A DNA stretch of 64,000 nt from a virus (IMGVR_UViG_2885593961_000002:1-64000); one strand, 5' to 3'. Numbered from the stretch's first letter, positions 9,332 to 18,975 are shown. Notes: a model not told the origin generated them from the sequence alone. Made by a program: numbers and translations.

Positions 9332-9934
9332 TTACGCTTCGACGACGTCGCCGGCTGCTGCGAGGCTGGGGTGCTTCGTGGAGTGGTCACGCACTGCGTA
9401 CAGGACCTTGAGCTGGTGGAGCACGTCGAACAGCGCGCTATGAGCGTCACCTTCGAACGGGATGTTTCGCTCGAACTCGGGCGGTTGCTGCGGCCAGTAG
9501 CGCCCGCGAATCCATGAATTCATGTCGTTCGTGTCGCGGTAGTGGAACGGGTTGCCGATCTCGAACTCCTTAAAATAACTTTCGAGGAACGGATATTCGA
9601 AGTGCGACGGCTTCGCCCACAATCTCAGCTTCTCGTTGTACGTGTCGACGTCGCGCAGCAGGAAATCGCGGAACGCCTGCATCACGACCTCCGGGCGCTC
9701 CATCCGCGCGTAAATGCCTTGCAGGATCTCGCGCTTGTCCTTGAGCCACCAGTTGCGGGTCTCTTCGTCGAAGAAGCGGCCATGCGGGATCATCAGGCAG
9801 CGGTTGAACATGTCGGGCATGATCTCGCCCGACGCGAAATCGAAGCGAACCGCTGCAATTTCGATGATTGCCGTGCGCTCAGGCTGAGTTCCGGTCGTTT
9901 CCAGGTCGACCATCACGTCGAGATACTTGGTCAT
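9332..9934 (-). CDS. DEDD 3'-5' exonuclease/exoribonuclease
   Basis: VMVDLETTG...HFEYPFL...HSALFD. Confidence 0.85.
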   Translation of the reverse strand: MTKYLDVMVDLETTGTQPERTAIIEIAAVRFDFASGEIMPDMFNRCLMIPHGRFFDEETRNWWLKDKREILQGIYARMERPEVVMQAFRDFLLRDVDTYNEKLRLWAKPSHFEYPFLESYFKEFEIGNPFHYRDTNDMNSWIRGRYWPQQPPEFERNIPFEGDAHSALFDVLHQLKVLYAVRDHSTKHPSLAAAGDVVEA

Positions 9935-9947
9935 GCTTTGATCCTTG

Positions 9948-10355
9948 TTAGATGAGGTAGCCGTCGATCTCGTGCCAGCGGATCGATTTGGCCGTATGGG
10001 TGATGAATACGACTGCCGGGACGACGTACCAGCGCTTTGTCGTCTCGCGGCGAATGTAGAAGCGGTAATGCCCGCCAGCTGCGGTGACCATTCGGGCTGC
10101 TGCCCACTGGCTCTTCTTGATCATGCTGAAGGGAAACGACGGCTCGCTCTGAGTGCTCTTGACCTCAGCGTAGAACGTCGTCCCTTCAAGAGTGATGATG
10201 TAGTCCGACGGTTGCGCATCCTTGAAGGATGCGGCCCGCCCTGTCGAACCGCGAACGTACGCGGTATCGGTCAAGCGCTGCACATGCGCGCGCTTGCCGA
10301 AGGGCGCGAAGAACGATTCGAATTCGCTCTCCGCGTCTTTCCATACAATGCTCAT
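9948..10355 (-). CDS. RecU-like Holliday junction resolvase (PD-(D/E)xK)
   Basis: PSDYII...YAEVKST...IKKSQW. Confidence 0.7.
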   Translation of the reverse strand: MSIVWKDAESEFESFFAPFGKRAHVQRLTDTAYVRGSTGRAASFKDAQPSDYIITLEGTTFYAEVKSTQSEPSFPFSMIKKSQWAAARMVTAAGGHYRFYIRRETTKRWYVVPAVVFITHTAKSIRWHEIDGYLI

Positions 10356-10432
10356 TTTTCTTTTACTGATGTGGTGGTGGTGTGCTAAGCATTATATGGA
10401 GATAACCACCGCAGAAGTTCGGCAACTATATG

Positions 10433-11722
10433 CTAGTTGCCGTCCGGAAACCGCAGAAATACCGGGTTACGCAACGCGTTCTTCTTCGTTACCTCGGTGT
10501 ACTCGACTTCAGCCATACGGCCCACAACCATCTCCGGATGTTTGAAGAAGAGTTCACGCTGATCGTCTGAGAAACCGCCGCCGCAATCGGTCTTGATCTC
10601 GGTGCCATCCTCGATCGCACCTTCGAGCTGGAAGCCGCCGAGACGCCCCTCGTTCCTCCCCGTCTTCTCTCCTTCGTAAATGCCCGTGATCTTCAGCGTA
10701 GCCGTGTGCAGCGGCTTCGCCTTCAGCCAGGACGTCGACCGATCCCACTCGTAGAATGCGTCCGGGTCCTTGACGATCAGGCCTTCGTAACCGAGCGAGA
10801 GTGCTTTATCGAACATCGCGTCCACTTGGGCACGATCTGCGACCGTTTCCTTGTATGACGGGAAGATTTTGCTGAGCGCGAGGTCGCTAATTGCCGCGTC
10901 GAGCATCAAGCTTCGAAGCTCCTGCTTGCGTGAGCACTGGCGCTTCTTCCATTCCGACATCGGCATCCAGTCGTACGCGTAGTAGCGCAGCTTCGAGCGG
11001 TCAGCACCCTCCTTCTTGCAGTTCATCGTAGCCGTCCACGAGGGATGCTTCTTCGTCGGATCAACGACGTGAACCATCGCCTCACCGTCGAGCACCATTG
11101 CCTCGTCGCCGCAGAGGCGCAGGCGCATCGCCTGCATCTCGTCGTCGAACAGCCCTTCGATCCATGGTTGACGCAGCCCTTCGCGCGAGTAGTGCTCGCA
11201 CGGCTGGCCAGGGATGACGAAGACCGTATCGCGCTGGCCGTCCATCTTAAACTCGGCCTGCGCGGGATACGAGATGTCGGAGACGCCCGGCTCCCACTTC
11301 TCAGCCAACATCACGTCGAAGACCGGGATCAAGTCCGGGAAGACCTTGTTAATCTCCGTCGCTCCGATACCTATGCGCAGTTTCTTGCGCAGCACGCAGG
11401 CCATGTTCTCGGCGGTCTCCAGCGTGTAGTGCGACAGCACGTTCGCGATTGCAGACTGCGCGGCCTTCCCGGTGTAGTTGCGCGTCGCGAGATCGTCCAG
11501 CAGCTGGAGGAACATAACGCCAGCGTCAACGTTCTCCACCGAGAAGCCAGTCGGCATATCGAAGTTCTTCACGCCATAGGTCACGAACGGCGAGAGCGCA
11601 GCGACCAGCATCTTCTTTGCGAACTCGTCGTCGTGTGCGCCGAGCTTTGTCAGGGCTTCCGTCTTCTCGATGCGAGATGAGGTCCCACGGCATTCGGCCA
11701 TGAGTCGGTTAAAGCGGTACAT
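10433..11722 (-). CDS. ATP-dependent DNA ligase
   Basis: EFKMDG motif I, LDGE, EGLIVK, WLKAK, C-terminal OB fold; start re-placed at MYRFN with GAAGGA SD. Confidence 0.93.
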   Translation of the reverse strand: MYRFNRLMAECRGTSSRIEKTEALTKLGAHDDEFAKKMLVAALSPFVTYGVKNFDMPTGFSVENVDAGVMFLQLLDDLATRNYTGKAAQSAIANVLSHYTLETAENMACVLRKKLRIGIGATEINKVFPDLIPVFDVMLAEKWEPGVSDISYPAQAEFKMDGQRDTVFVIPGQPCEHYSREGLRQPWIEGLFDDEMQAMRLRLCGDEAMVLDGEAMVHVVDPTKKHPSWTATMNCKKEGADRSKLRYYAYDWMPMSEWKKRQCSRKQELRSLMLDAAISDLALSKIFPSYKETVADRAQVDAMFDKALSLGYEGLIVKDPDAFYEWDRSTSWLKAKPLHTATLKITGIYEGEKTGRNEGRLGGFQLEGAIEDGTEIKTDCGGGFSDDQRELFFKHPEMVVGRMAEVEYTEVTKKNALRNPVFLRFPDGN

Positions 11723-11883
11723 GAATGGTCCTTCGTGGTGGTGGTGTTCTTCAGGGTTGCCAGTTCGTGGTCTTTTTCTTGGATCAGCTGCAAGAGGTCC
11801 AGCACGACCCGCGGAATACACATTCTCCGCAGGTCGTTGCGCTGCTCACGCGTCAGATCCTGGAGCGTGAGCTTCGAGTTCAC
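11670..11883 (-). CDS. Hypothetical protein
   Basis: GTG overlaps the upstream TGA; 3' end overlaps the ligase start. Confidence 0.45.
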
Positions 11884-12095
11884 GTCAGATCCTTCTCGAC
11901 GGCAGCGGTGGCCTCCGCGACGATCTCAGCGACCTTTTCCTTGTCACCATTGATGGTCATGACGCGGACGATCTCGCGCAGGCCCCATTCCAGCGCCTCG
12001 GTGCCGGGGCGATTCTGCGAGCCAGCGCGCGACTCGTAGCCGCTCATGGTCTCGAACGCGACCATAGTGGTCGACTTGGTGACTTTGTTGCTCAT
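11880..12095 (-). CDS. Hypothetical protein
   Basis: ATGA overlap with the polymerase stop; GGAG SD. Confidence 0.6.
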   Translation of the reverse strand: MSNKVTKSTTMVAFETMSGYESRAGSQNRPGTEALEWGLREIVRVMTINGDKEKVAEIVAEATAAVEKDLT

Positions 12096-14776
12096 GCTGC
12101 GCACTCCACTGATTCGTTAGCTGCGACGGGCATGCCGTCGAGGATGTAGTTGAGGATCGCCAGACGCTCTTCGCGCGTGGCTCGTTGTTCCCAGCGGTCT
12201 TCGCTGACGCACGGCAGGCCCCTCTGCATCTCCATGAGTTCGATCTGGCCATCCGGGGCCTTCTTGAGATCCCACGGCTGCATCGTGCGGCCGATCGCGA
12301 GCGACGAGTCGAGCTTCAGGTTCTTGATCAGGCCGGCGTCTTCGATCATCACTTCGTACAGCGTTTCGCAGAAGTCGAGCACCTGCGAGCGCGGGACGGA
12401 GTAGATCAATTCGTCGTGGACCAGCAGGTAGAAGCGGGCGCGGTATCCCATCTCCTTGATCTTGGCCTTCATGCGCTTCATCGCACGCTTCGCGAGCGCC
12501 GCGCACAAGCCTTGAACCTTCGCGTTGACCGATTGGTTTCCGGCGCGTCGGTTGATCTTCTTGATCACCAGCTCGCCGAACGCCGCAATGGCCGGGTCAC
12601 CGTATGACGCGAACTTCTGCCGCATGACGTTCACCCACTCGTACGTCGACTCGTAGCGGTCGCGCCGATGGTGGTCGGGCAGCTGCACGTAGCCGTTGTC
12701 ACGAGCTTCCTGGATCGTGTCGACACGCCACTGCTCCGCGTCCGGGAACGTGCCACGGTAACGATCGACCATCTCCCACATGAAGTCGCTCGACCAGCCA
12801 AGCTTCTCGCCCACGGTGCCCAATGCGCCCGAGTACCAGTAGTTGAAGTTCGCCACCTTGCCGACATCGCGACGCAGCATCTTCCGATCCGGGTGGACGG
12901 CGTACTCTTCGTCGGTGAGGTTCATCAGACCGGTCACGGCCTTCTTGTGCAGGTCCGCGTGAGGGCGCTGGCCGTAGGCCTCACGGAAGCCTGAGTCGTT
13001 CGAGTAGTCGCCCACGATCACCAGCTCGACAGCAGACCAGTCGGCCGACACCAGAACGTGCTCCTCGCCCTCCGCGTCGTCGTCGTCGGCTTCGAAGAAG
13101 CCACGCACGTACACCGAATCGCCATACTTGCTGAGCTGCTGCCCGTTCGGGTCCTGGCACGAGCTGCGGCGCGTCGCGAGCAGCGAGCGTAGCTGCGGAT
13201 ACACACGGCCCGTGTCAGGGTCCACTAGCCGCAGGTAAGGCGTCAGGTAGAGCTTCATCCGCTGCGAGATCGAGGCCAGCTCGTCGTAGCACTGGAAAAT
13301 CATCATGCCGGCTTCGAAGTGGTCGATCTGCATACGCTTGTTCAGCGTCACGCCCAGCTTCAGCGCCGGTGCCACTTCGCCGTTATCGCCGATCTCCAGA
13401 CCAGCGTCGCGGTGACGTTTGATCCAGCGGCGCTTCAGCTCTTCGCGGCAGTCGCCGTCGCTTTGCGTCTTGCCGTTGGACTGCATGTACGAGCCGCGCA
13501 TCAAGTCGTAGATGATCGTCCGCATCGGCATGTAGTGGACGAGGTTGACGCCCGTCGATTCGCGCACTTTGCGCTCCAGCGCCCACGCGTTCGAAACCGG
13601 GCCGCGTGTCTGCATGCACTGAATGAAGTCGTCGTCGCTGTCTGGCGAGTTCGCCCACTTCTCGATCTGAGCGCGATACGTCTGCCACTTCGCGTACCAC
13701 TTGTCGTACTTCAGCAGCTTGTCGTGCGGCTCGTCCGGGAACGGCAACATCGCGCGCACCGCAGCCTTCATCTTGCGCAGGCACGCGGCTTCGTTCGCAC
13801 GCTCTTCGTCCCGCCGACGCAACACGGCCGGCCCGTTCAGCTTGATGCCGTGGCCCCACGTCTCGGCCGCGATGCGAACGAACGGCATCTCCTGTTCCAT
13901 GAACGTGCTGAAGACCGCTGGGTTGGTCTCCATCATGTGCTGAAGCACTCGGTGGAACAGCTGCACGCACCAGTACGCGTCGTCTACGCCGTACTCGTAG
14001 ACTTCCTCGCCGGTCAACATGCCCATGTGGACTTCTTCGCCGAGCGTCTCTTCGAAGGTGGCCATCGCATAGCCGAACCAGCTCTTCACGGCTCGCTTCA
14101 GGTCATAGCCGATCCGCATCGAATCGACGTAGCCATTCCAGCTATGCGCGGCCTTCGACTCCTTGCCGATGACCTTCTGCAACAGCTCTTCTTGCTCGGA
14201 GTTCAGGTCTTGACCCGGTTGGTAGCCAGAAAATACACGAGCAACCACGGGCAGGATCTTCTCGATGCCGCCGAGACCCGGCTCCATGAACTTGTCGCGG
14301 AAGTACGTGTCGGGCGAATACGCCGACACGCAAAGCTGCAACGAGCAGATGACGCGATCTTCCGGGATGTCGAAGCCGAGCGACTTCATCATCATGACCC
14401 ACTCAAACTGAGCGTTGTGGATGATGAAGAAAGAGTCCGGTCGGCGGGCGTCGAGAATCTGGCGCGCGACCTCCCAGGGCACACGGTTCTCGGTATCGGC
14501 GTGCGCGAGGTTGACGTAATAGCCGAGATGGTTGCCGTCCGGGTAGACCGAAAATCCGCACACGGTCGTTCGGTTGGTGTCGAAGATGAGCTTCTTGTTC
14601 GTCCCCCTGCCCTCGTCGTCGACCTTCATGATCTCGGCGAGGCCTGCATGCCTGCGCGAGTCTTCGGTCTCGATGTCGAAACCGATGAATCCGGCCGACG
14701 CTACTTCCGCGATGATCTGCGGCAGGAGAGCGTCGATGTTGCGCGCATCGACAAGGACTTTGCGATCCTTGTCCAT
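12092..14776 (-). CDS. polA: Family A DNA polymerase with 3'-5' exonuclease domain
   Basis: Exo FDIETE, HNAQFE, YGVDDA; motif A ADWSAVEL, motif B KVANFNYWY, motif C VHDEL. Confidence 0.93.
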   Translation of the reverse strand: MDKDRKVLVDARNIDALLPQIIAEVASAGFIGFDIETEDSRRHAGLAEIMKVDDEGRGTNKKLIFDTNRTTVCGFSVYPDGNHLGYYVNLAHADTENRVPWEVARQILDARRPDSFFIIHNAQFEWVMMMKSLGFDIPEDRVICSLQLCVSAYSPDTYFRDKFMEPGLGGIEKILPVVARVFSGYQPGQDLNSEQEELLQKVIGKESKAAHSWNGYVDSMRIGYDLKRAVKSWFGYAMATFEETLGEEVHMGMLTGEEVYEYGVDDAYWCVQLFHRVLQHMMETNPAVFSTFMEQEMPFVRIAAETWGHGIKLNGPAVLRRRDEERANEAACLRKMKAAVRAMLPFPDEPHDKLLKYDKWYAKWQTYRAQIEKWANSPDSDDDFIQCMQTRGPVSNAWALERKVRESTGVNLVHYMPMRTIIYDLMRGSYMQSNGKTQSDGDCREELKRRWIKRHRDAGLEIGDNGEVAPALKLGVTLNKRMQIDHFEAGMMIFQCYDELASISQRMKLYLTPYLRLVDPDTGRVYPQLRSLLATRRSSCQDPNGQQLSKYGDSVYVRGFFEADDDDAEGEEHVLVSADWSAVELVIVGDYSNDSGFREAYGQRPHADLHKKAVTGLMNLTDEEYAVHPDRKMLRRDVGKVANFNYWYSGALGTVGEKLGWSSDFMWEMVDRYRGTFPDAEQWRVDTIQEARDNGYVQLPDHHRRDRYESTYEWVNVMRQKFASYGDPAIAAFGELVIKKINRRAGNQSVNAKVQGLCAALAKRAMKRMKAKIKEMGYRARFYLLVHDELIYSVPRSQVLDFCETLYEVMIEDAGLIKNLKLDSSLAIGRTMQPWDLKKAPDGQIELMEMQRGLPCVSEDRWEQRATREERLAILNYILDGMPVAANESVECAA

Positions 14777-14779
14777 CGC

Positions 14780-14968
14780 TTACCCCGCCGCTTTGTCGGC
14801 AGCTTCAGCGCCGACCAGCGCGAGCGCCATCATCGCGTGAGCCGGTTCCGCTTCGAGCATCGCCCGGAACTGGACGACGATGCTGTCGATCTTCGTGCGA
14901 TCGTCTTCGGGGAGTTTCGAGATCTCATCCTGAATGATGAGAAGCTGAATGCGTTCAGCAGAGGCCAT
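14780..14968 (-). CDS. Small hypothetical protein
   Basis: AAGGATCAAAAC leader; abuts polA. Confidence 0.65.
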   Translation of the reverse strand: MASAERIQLLIIQDEISKLPEDDRTKIDSIVVQFRAMLEAEPAHAMMALALVGAEAADKAAG

Positions 14969-14990
14969 GTTTTGATCCTTGTGGTGGTGG

Positions 14991-15767
14991 TCACATCATG
15001 AAATCTGAAAGAATGTGGTTGATCGCCTTGTCGTCATGCTGGCCAACAACCAGATGCTTCGCGATCAGTTCCGGGTCAACGTCATAGAAGCCCGTGATCT
15101 CCCACATACCCTTCAGTGCAGCTTCGTTTTCCTTAACCCATGCCAACGGCTTCTTGCCGAGGTGGAAGGAACCGGCTTCGCTATCCCAACAGGGCACGTA
15201 GCCCTCGGTGAAAAACTGCATCCAGCGTTCGCGGTCGCAGTGCTCCCACGCCACGTCGCCGAAACCGGGGATGCCGGTAATCTTGTCGGACTTGTCACCG
15301 ACGAGCGTCTTGTACAGACGCACTTCGGTGAAGTCGGTGTTGTCGTATTCGACCTTGTCGCGCCCTTCGAGCTTCGTGTGCTTGCCATCGCACAGCGCGA
15401 GGTAATCGCCATCAGTCGAATGGATGGTGATCGAGTCCGTCTGGTCCTTGTAGAGACGATGCAGTGTGGCGATGACGTCGTCTGCCTCCCATGTCGGGAT
15501 CTCAAGCGACATGCAGCGCGTGAACCGCAGCACTTGCTTGAACAGGTCCATCGTCTTGTAGAACTCGTCTACGGCGCTTTGCCGGCCGACCTTGTATCCG
15601 GGATAGAGCGCTCGGCGTCGGTCCTTCGCGCCGTGTCCATCCCAAACCCAAATGATGGTGTCGAACATCGGCAGCATCTTCATGTCGACCAGCACGTTGC
15701 GAATCGAGCCGCTGGTTTCGAAGATGGTGCGGAAACGGTTGTTTCCGTCGATGAAATGCAAACCCAT
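14991..15767 (-). CDS. 5'-3' exonuclease/flap endonuclease (stand-alone PolI N-terminal domain)
   Basis: IDGNN, WDG, YK.GR, EADDVIA, STDGDY, GDKSDKITGIPGFG; start re-placed at MGLHF (GAGGT SD). Confidence 0.9.
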   Translation of the reverse strand: MGLHFIDGNNRFRTIFETSGSIRNVLVDMKMLPMFDTIIWVWDGHGAKDRRRALYPGYKVGRQSAVDEFYKTMDLFKQVLRFTRCMSLEIPTWEADDVIATLHRLYKDQTDSITIHSTDGDYLALCDGKHTKLEGRDKVEYDNTDFTEVRLYKTLVGDKSDKITGIPGFGDVAWEHCDRERWMQFFTEGYVPCWDSEAGSFHLGKKPLAWVKENEAALKGMWEITGFYDVDPELIAKHLVVGQHDDKAINHILSDFMM

Positions 15768-15785
15768 GATGACCTCGCAGGACAT

Positions 15786-15818
15786 GAAAAAAGCCGCGAG
15801 CTTTTGACTCGCGGCTTT
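15786..15818 (-). terminator. Intrinsic terminator
   Basis: AAAGCCGCGAG-loop-CTCGCGGCTTT followed by a U tract on the minus strand. Confidence 0.8.
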
Positions 15819-15834
15819 CCGTACAGCTTGTGGC

Positions 15835-16548
15835 TTACGCCGGCTCGGCTTCCGCTTCGATGCCCTGGTATTCCCAGGTCATGATGCCCCACGCGTTGTT
15901 GTTCTTGTTGGTCATCCGGAGGAAGCCAACCTTCACGTCCACGCGCTGGCCACCAGCGTTCGCTTCCATGACCTTCTGGTAGAAGTCCTGCCACGCACGC
16001 CAGTTCGTGGTCGACGTCGCGTAACCGACACGCTGACCAGCCTTCGCCAGCACTTCACCGTCCGCGGAGACGATGTCGGCCGTCAGGATCATCGGCACGT
16101 CAGCACTGCGGTACGCGCGGGCCTTCGCGTCGAGGGCGATGGCCTTGGCTTGCGCTTCGGACCAGGGGATGCCCTTGTCGCTCGTGACGCCGTCGTACGT
16201 CGACCAGTATTGCGCCGGGTTGCCGGCTTTGATCGACATCTTGACCATGAAGCCCGTGCCTTCCGTCATGTCGATAACCGCTTCGAACGACTGCACGAGC
16301 TTGGCGCTTGCGCCGACCTGGAGACCGAATTCCTTCGGCTTGATCCACAGATCGACGGCCATGCCCGCCGACATCAGTTGCTCCATCGAGAGCTTCTGGC
16401 CGGGAACTGCAACCGCACCGCCAGCCGCACCTACTGCTGCGACTGCCGTGCCGGTCGTCGGCGCGGCGGCTGCGCCGGCTGCTGCGTTTGCGATTGCGCC
16501 AGCTGCTGCGTCTTTGGCGCGCTGCATTGCTGCTTGGATCGGGTCCAT
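15835..16548 (-). CDS. Hypothetical protein, possible ssDNA-binding protein
   Basis: Between helicase and exonuclease, own promoter and terminator, acidic C-terminal tail (IEAEAEPA); function inferred from context only. Confidence 0.45.
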   Translation of the reverse strand: MDPIQAAMQRAKDAAAGAIANAAAGAAAAPTTGTAVAAVGAAGGAVAVPGQKLSMEQLMSAGMAVDLWIKPKEFGLQVGASAKLVQSFEAVIDMTEGTGFMVKMSIKAGNPAQYWSTYDGVTSDKGIPWSEAQAKAIALDAKARAYRSADVPMILTADIVSADGEVLAKAGQRVGYATSTTNWRAWQDFYQKVMEANAGGQRVDVKVGFLRMTNKNNNAWGIMTWEYQGIEAEAEPA

Positions 16549-16632
16549 ACGTTTCCTTCAAATGTTAGCTGTTTATGCGTCTGTTTCTGCTTCTGTTCTC
16601 TCGCCGTGGTGGTGGACACGTCGAGGAATATG

Positions 16633-16661
16633 ATCGTACCTTCGTTCTACTAACTACACAA
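16633..16661 (-). promoter_or_regulatory. Sigma70-like promoter TTGTGT-17-TACGAT
   Basis: Exact 17-nt spacing; transcript would begin just before the 16600-16625 hairpin. Confidence 0.55.
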
Positions 16662-16691
16662 TGCTGCTCTATACGATATATCGCGCCCTCC

Positions 16692-18137
16692 TTACGCGAA
16701 TTCGGCCATCGATATCTTCCGATCGGTAGCCTTCGATGAATCGAACATCTCTTCCTCTTGCTGACGGCGTTGCTCCGACAACCGGAAGACCTCCTTCGTC
16801 GGATCGACGAGGTTCGCGTCACGCGACTTGTTCTCGATAATCTGCATGATGCGTTGATCGATGGAGTCGCGATACTCCAGCACGTAGATCCGCAGCGGTC
16901 GCGCGCGCTTGCCACGGATGCCTCGCCGATACGCCTGCACGAATGAGTCGTCCATATAGTTCAGTGAAGTGAAGACCATCGTTTCAAGGTGGTGCCAGTT
17001 GAAGCCGACACCGGCCGTATCCGGCGATGCAACCACGCAGTCGAGATCACCGCGGCGAAATGCCTCGTCGATGCGTGCGCGCTGCGTGGACGACACGTGC
17101 CCGTTGATCAGCGCCGTGCGCAGGCCCATCGACTTCGCGATGGCGACGATGCGTTCTTGCTCAGGGACGAGCGCGGCGAACACCGCGATCGGTTCCCCGG
17201 ACACAACCGCGTCCGCAAAGTGGATCTTCAGGCGTTCATCCTTTCCGGTTGTCTCGCCTTTGGCCAGCCCGAAGGTCTCCGGATGGGCCATGATCTGCCG
17301 ACAACGCATCGCGTTGACTGCCGGCGACTGGCCTTCAAGGAACTCGTCTTCCAGCTCGACGAGCGCCATTTCCTCCATTTCCTCGTATGCCTTCCGCTGC
17401 TTGGGCGACATGTCGCACAGCTCAGTGACGATGACCTTCGCTTCCGGACCATGAACCTCTTCGAACGTGTGGCGAACGGCTACGTGCTGAAGGATCTGGC
17501 CCAGCCGCTGGTGGTTGTGCCACCCGATTGTCGTGCCATATTCGTCCTGAAGCCGGTGCTGGGCCAGGAACGCGCCGTACGTGCCGTAGAAGCGCGGCTC
17601 AATTACCTGAAGAGCCGGATACGCGCTCGCGAGCGTGCCCTTGATGATCGTGCCCGTCATGGCCATGAAGCGCTCGATGCTACGCATCGCGATGTACATG
17701 TTCTGCGTGCGGCCGGAATCATGTCCCGAATAGCCAAGGTGCCACTCATCGAAGATCGCGGCATTGAGCTGAGGATGCCACTGCTTCAAACGCTGCCAGT
17801 CGTCTGAAAAGCGTTGGAACCCCATGATGAACACCTTCGCGTTCTCGTTACGCATCTGACGCTCGCGTCGCTTGGCCTCGCCGTCGACGATCTGTATCTC
17901 GCTCGGATGGAAGTTCGTGAACTCCAACAACTCATCCTTGTTCTTTCGCAGCAGCGACATCGGCATGACGAAGTACGACTTGCATCCCAGGTCGTCCCAG
18001 AGGTACTGCGTGTACATGCAGGCCGAGCCAGTCTTTTGCGTCGCAGGGTCCGACAAGTTCATACAACGCGGCGTCATGATGTAGAAAGCGAGATCCGCGA
18101 TCTGGTGCTCGCGCGGCACTTTCTTCTCGATTGTCAC
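16692..18137 (-). CDS. SF2 (SNF2-like) helicase
   Basis: DEWH box, MAMTGT, DTAGVGFN, QAYRRGIRG; atypical Walker A DPATQKT; GTG start overlaps the upstream TGA. Confidence 0.85.
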   Translation of the reverse strand: MTIEKKVPREHQIADLAFYIMTPRCMNLSDPATQKTGSACMYTQYLWDDLGCKSYFVMPMSLLRKNKDELLEFTNFHPSEIQIVDGEAKRRERQMRNENAKVFIMGFQRFSDDWQRLKQWHPQLNAAIFDEWHLGYSGHDSGRTQNMYIAMRSIERFMAMTGTIIKGTLASAYPALQVIEPRFYGTYGAFLAQHRLQDEYGTTIGWHNHQRLGQILQHVAVRHTFEEVHGPEAKVIVTELCDMSPKQRKAYEEMEEMALVELEDEFLEGQSPAVNAMRCRQIMAHPETFGLAKGETTGKDERLKIHFADAVVSGEPIAVFAALVPEQERIVAIAKSMGLRTALINGHVSSTQRARIDEAFRRGDLDCVVASPDTAGVGFNWHHLETMVFTSLNYMDDSFVQAYRRGIRGKRARPLRIYVLEYRDSIDQRIMQIIENKSRDANLVDPTKEVFRLSEQRRQQEEEMFDSSKATDRKISMAEFA

Positions 18138-18421
18138 TTGTTCCTGCTCCCGTCTCGAAAATCCCACCGCTGCCATTCGTCCTCCGGCAGCTCACTCTTG
18201 ACCTGTCTGCCTGCCCACTTTTCGAACGTCTCACGGGTCACGACCGGATAACGTCGTCCGATCCCGACAGCGGGACCGTCGTAGGTGATCGCACCGAGAA
18301 AGTTGATGTGGATGATCACCCGGTCGTTCACGAACCCGTTGGCGTTCGAAGGGCGCTTTCCACGCCACACCTGCCCCACGTGGAATGCCTTGCTTTCTTC
18401 GGGTGTTGTTCTATCGTTCAT
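18134..18421 (-). CDS. Hypothetical protein
   Basis: Start re-placed at MNDRTT with GGAG SD. Confidence 0.6.
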   Translation of the reverse strand: MNDRTTPEESKAFHVGQVWRGKRPSNANGFVNDRVIIHINFLGAITYDGPAVGIGRRYPVVTRETFEKWAGRQVKSELPEDEWQRWDFRDGSRNK

Positions 18422-18452
18422 TTCGATTCTTCGCTCCGAATAGGAGGTCGTC

Positions 18453-18620
18453 ATGAATTGGCTTTGCATCAAGTGCCACCTTGAATTCCCGTTCGATGCC
18501 GAAAAAGTCGGAATCGACTCGTTCGGCATCTACGTGTTCTGCCCACACTGCGGCCGGCGCAACAAGCTCATCAACATCGGAAAGCGCGGCCGCATCGTTC
18601 TCCAACAGACAGGCACGTGA
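18453..18620 (+). CDS. 55-aa zinc-ribbon protein (not in supplied ORF track)
   Basis: AGGAGG SD; MNWLCIKCH...FCPHCGRRN...GT*. Confidence 0.75.
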   Translation: MNWLCIKCHLEFPFDAEKVGIDSFGIYVFCPHCGRRNKLINIGKRGRIVLQQTGT

Positions 18621-18624
18621 CGAA

Positions 18625-18975
18625 TCAGGTCAGCAAAGCCGACACGTTCGAGAAGTAGCTGTACATCTGACGCAGCAGACGCAACTGTTCACTGGTCAAC
18701 ACACGCTTCGACAGTTCATGACCGAGCTGATAGACGGCCTGGACCATGTACTCTCGGGTGTACGACGGCCCAAAGCTGTAGAGACGGACATTGAAACCAA
18801 CGCGGTAGTATTCCGGCACCATGTTGTTCCAGATCATCTTCAAGGTATTGAAGACGTGCCGCGTATCCATCTTCGCCGGGTCGTGCTTGATACCGTGTCG
18901 GTCGCGCCATCTAAAGCAGGCGTCGACGTGCGTACGGCGCTCGATCTGCGCACGCAGTTCGATTGCCGTGCTCAT
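18625..18975 (-). CDS. Hypothetical protein
   Basis: ATGA overlap; GAGGGGAG SD. Confidence 0.65.
   Translation of the reverse strand: MSTAIELRAQIERRTHVDACFRWRDRHGIKHDPAKMDTRHVFNTLKMIWNNMVPEYYRVGFNVRLYSFGPSYTREYMVQAVYQLGHELSKRVLTSEQLRLLRQMYSYFSNVSALLT

Noticed and set aside
6212-15001. Long plus-strand ORFs (e.g. 6212-7546, 8226-9443, 13319-15001) and long minus-strand ORFs in the structural arm (e.g. 46303-48201)
   Set aside because: Antisense shadows of GC3-rich genuine genes; no motifs or RBS.
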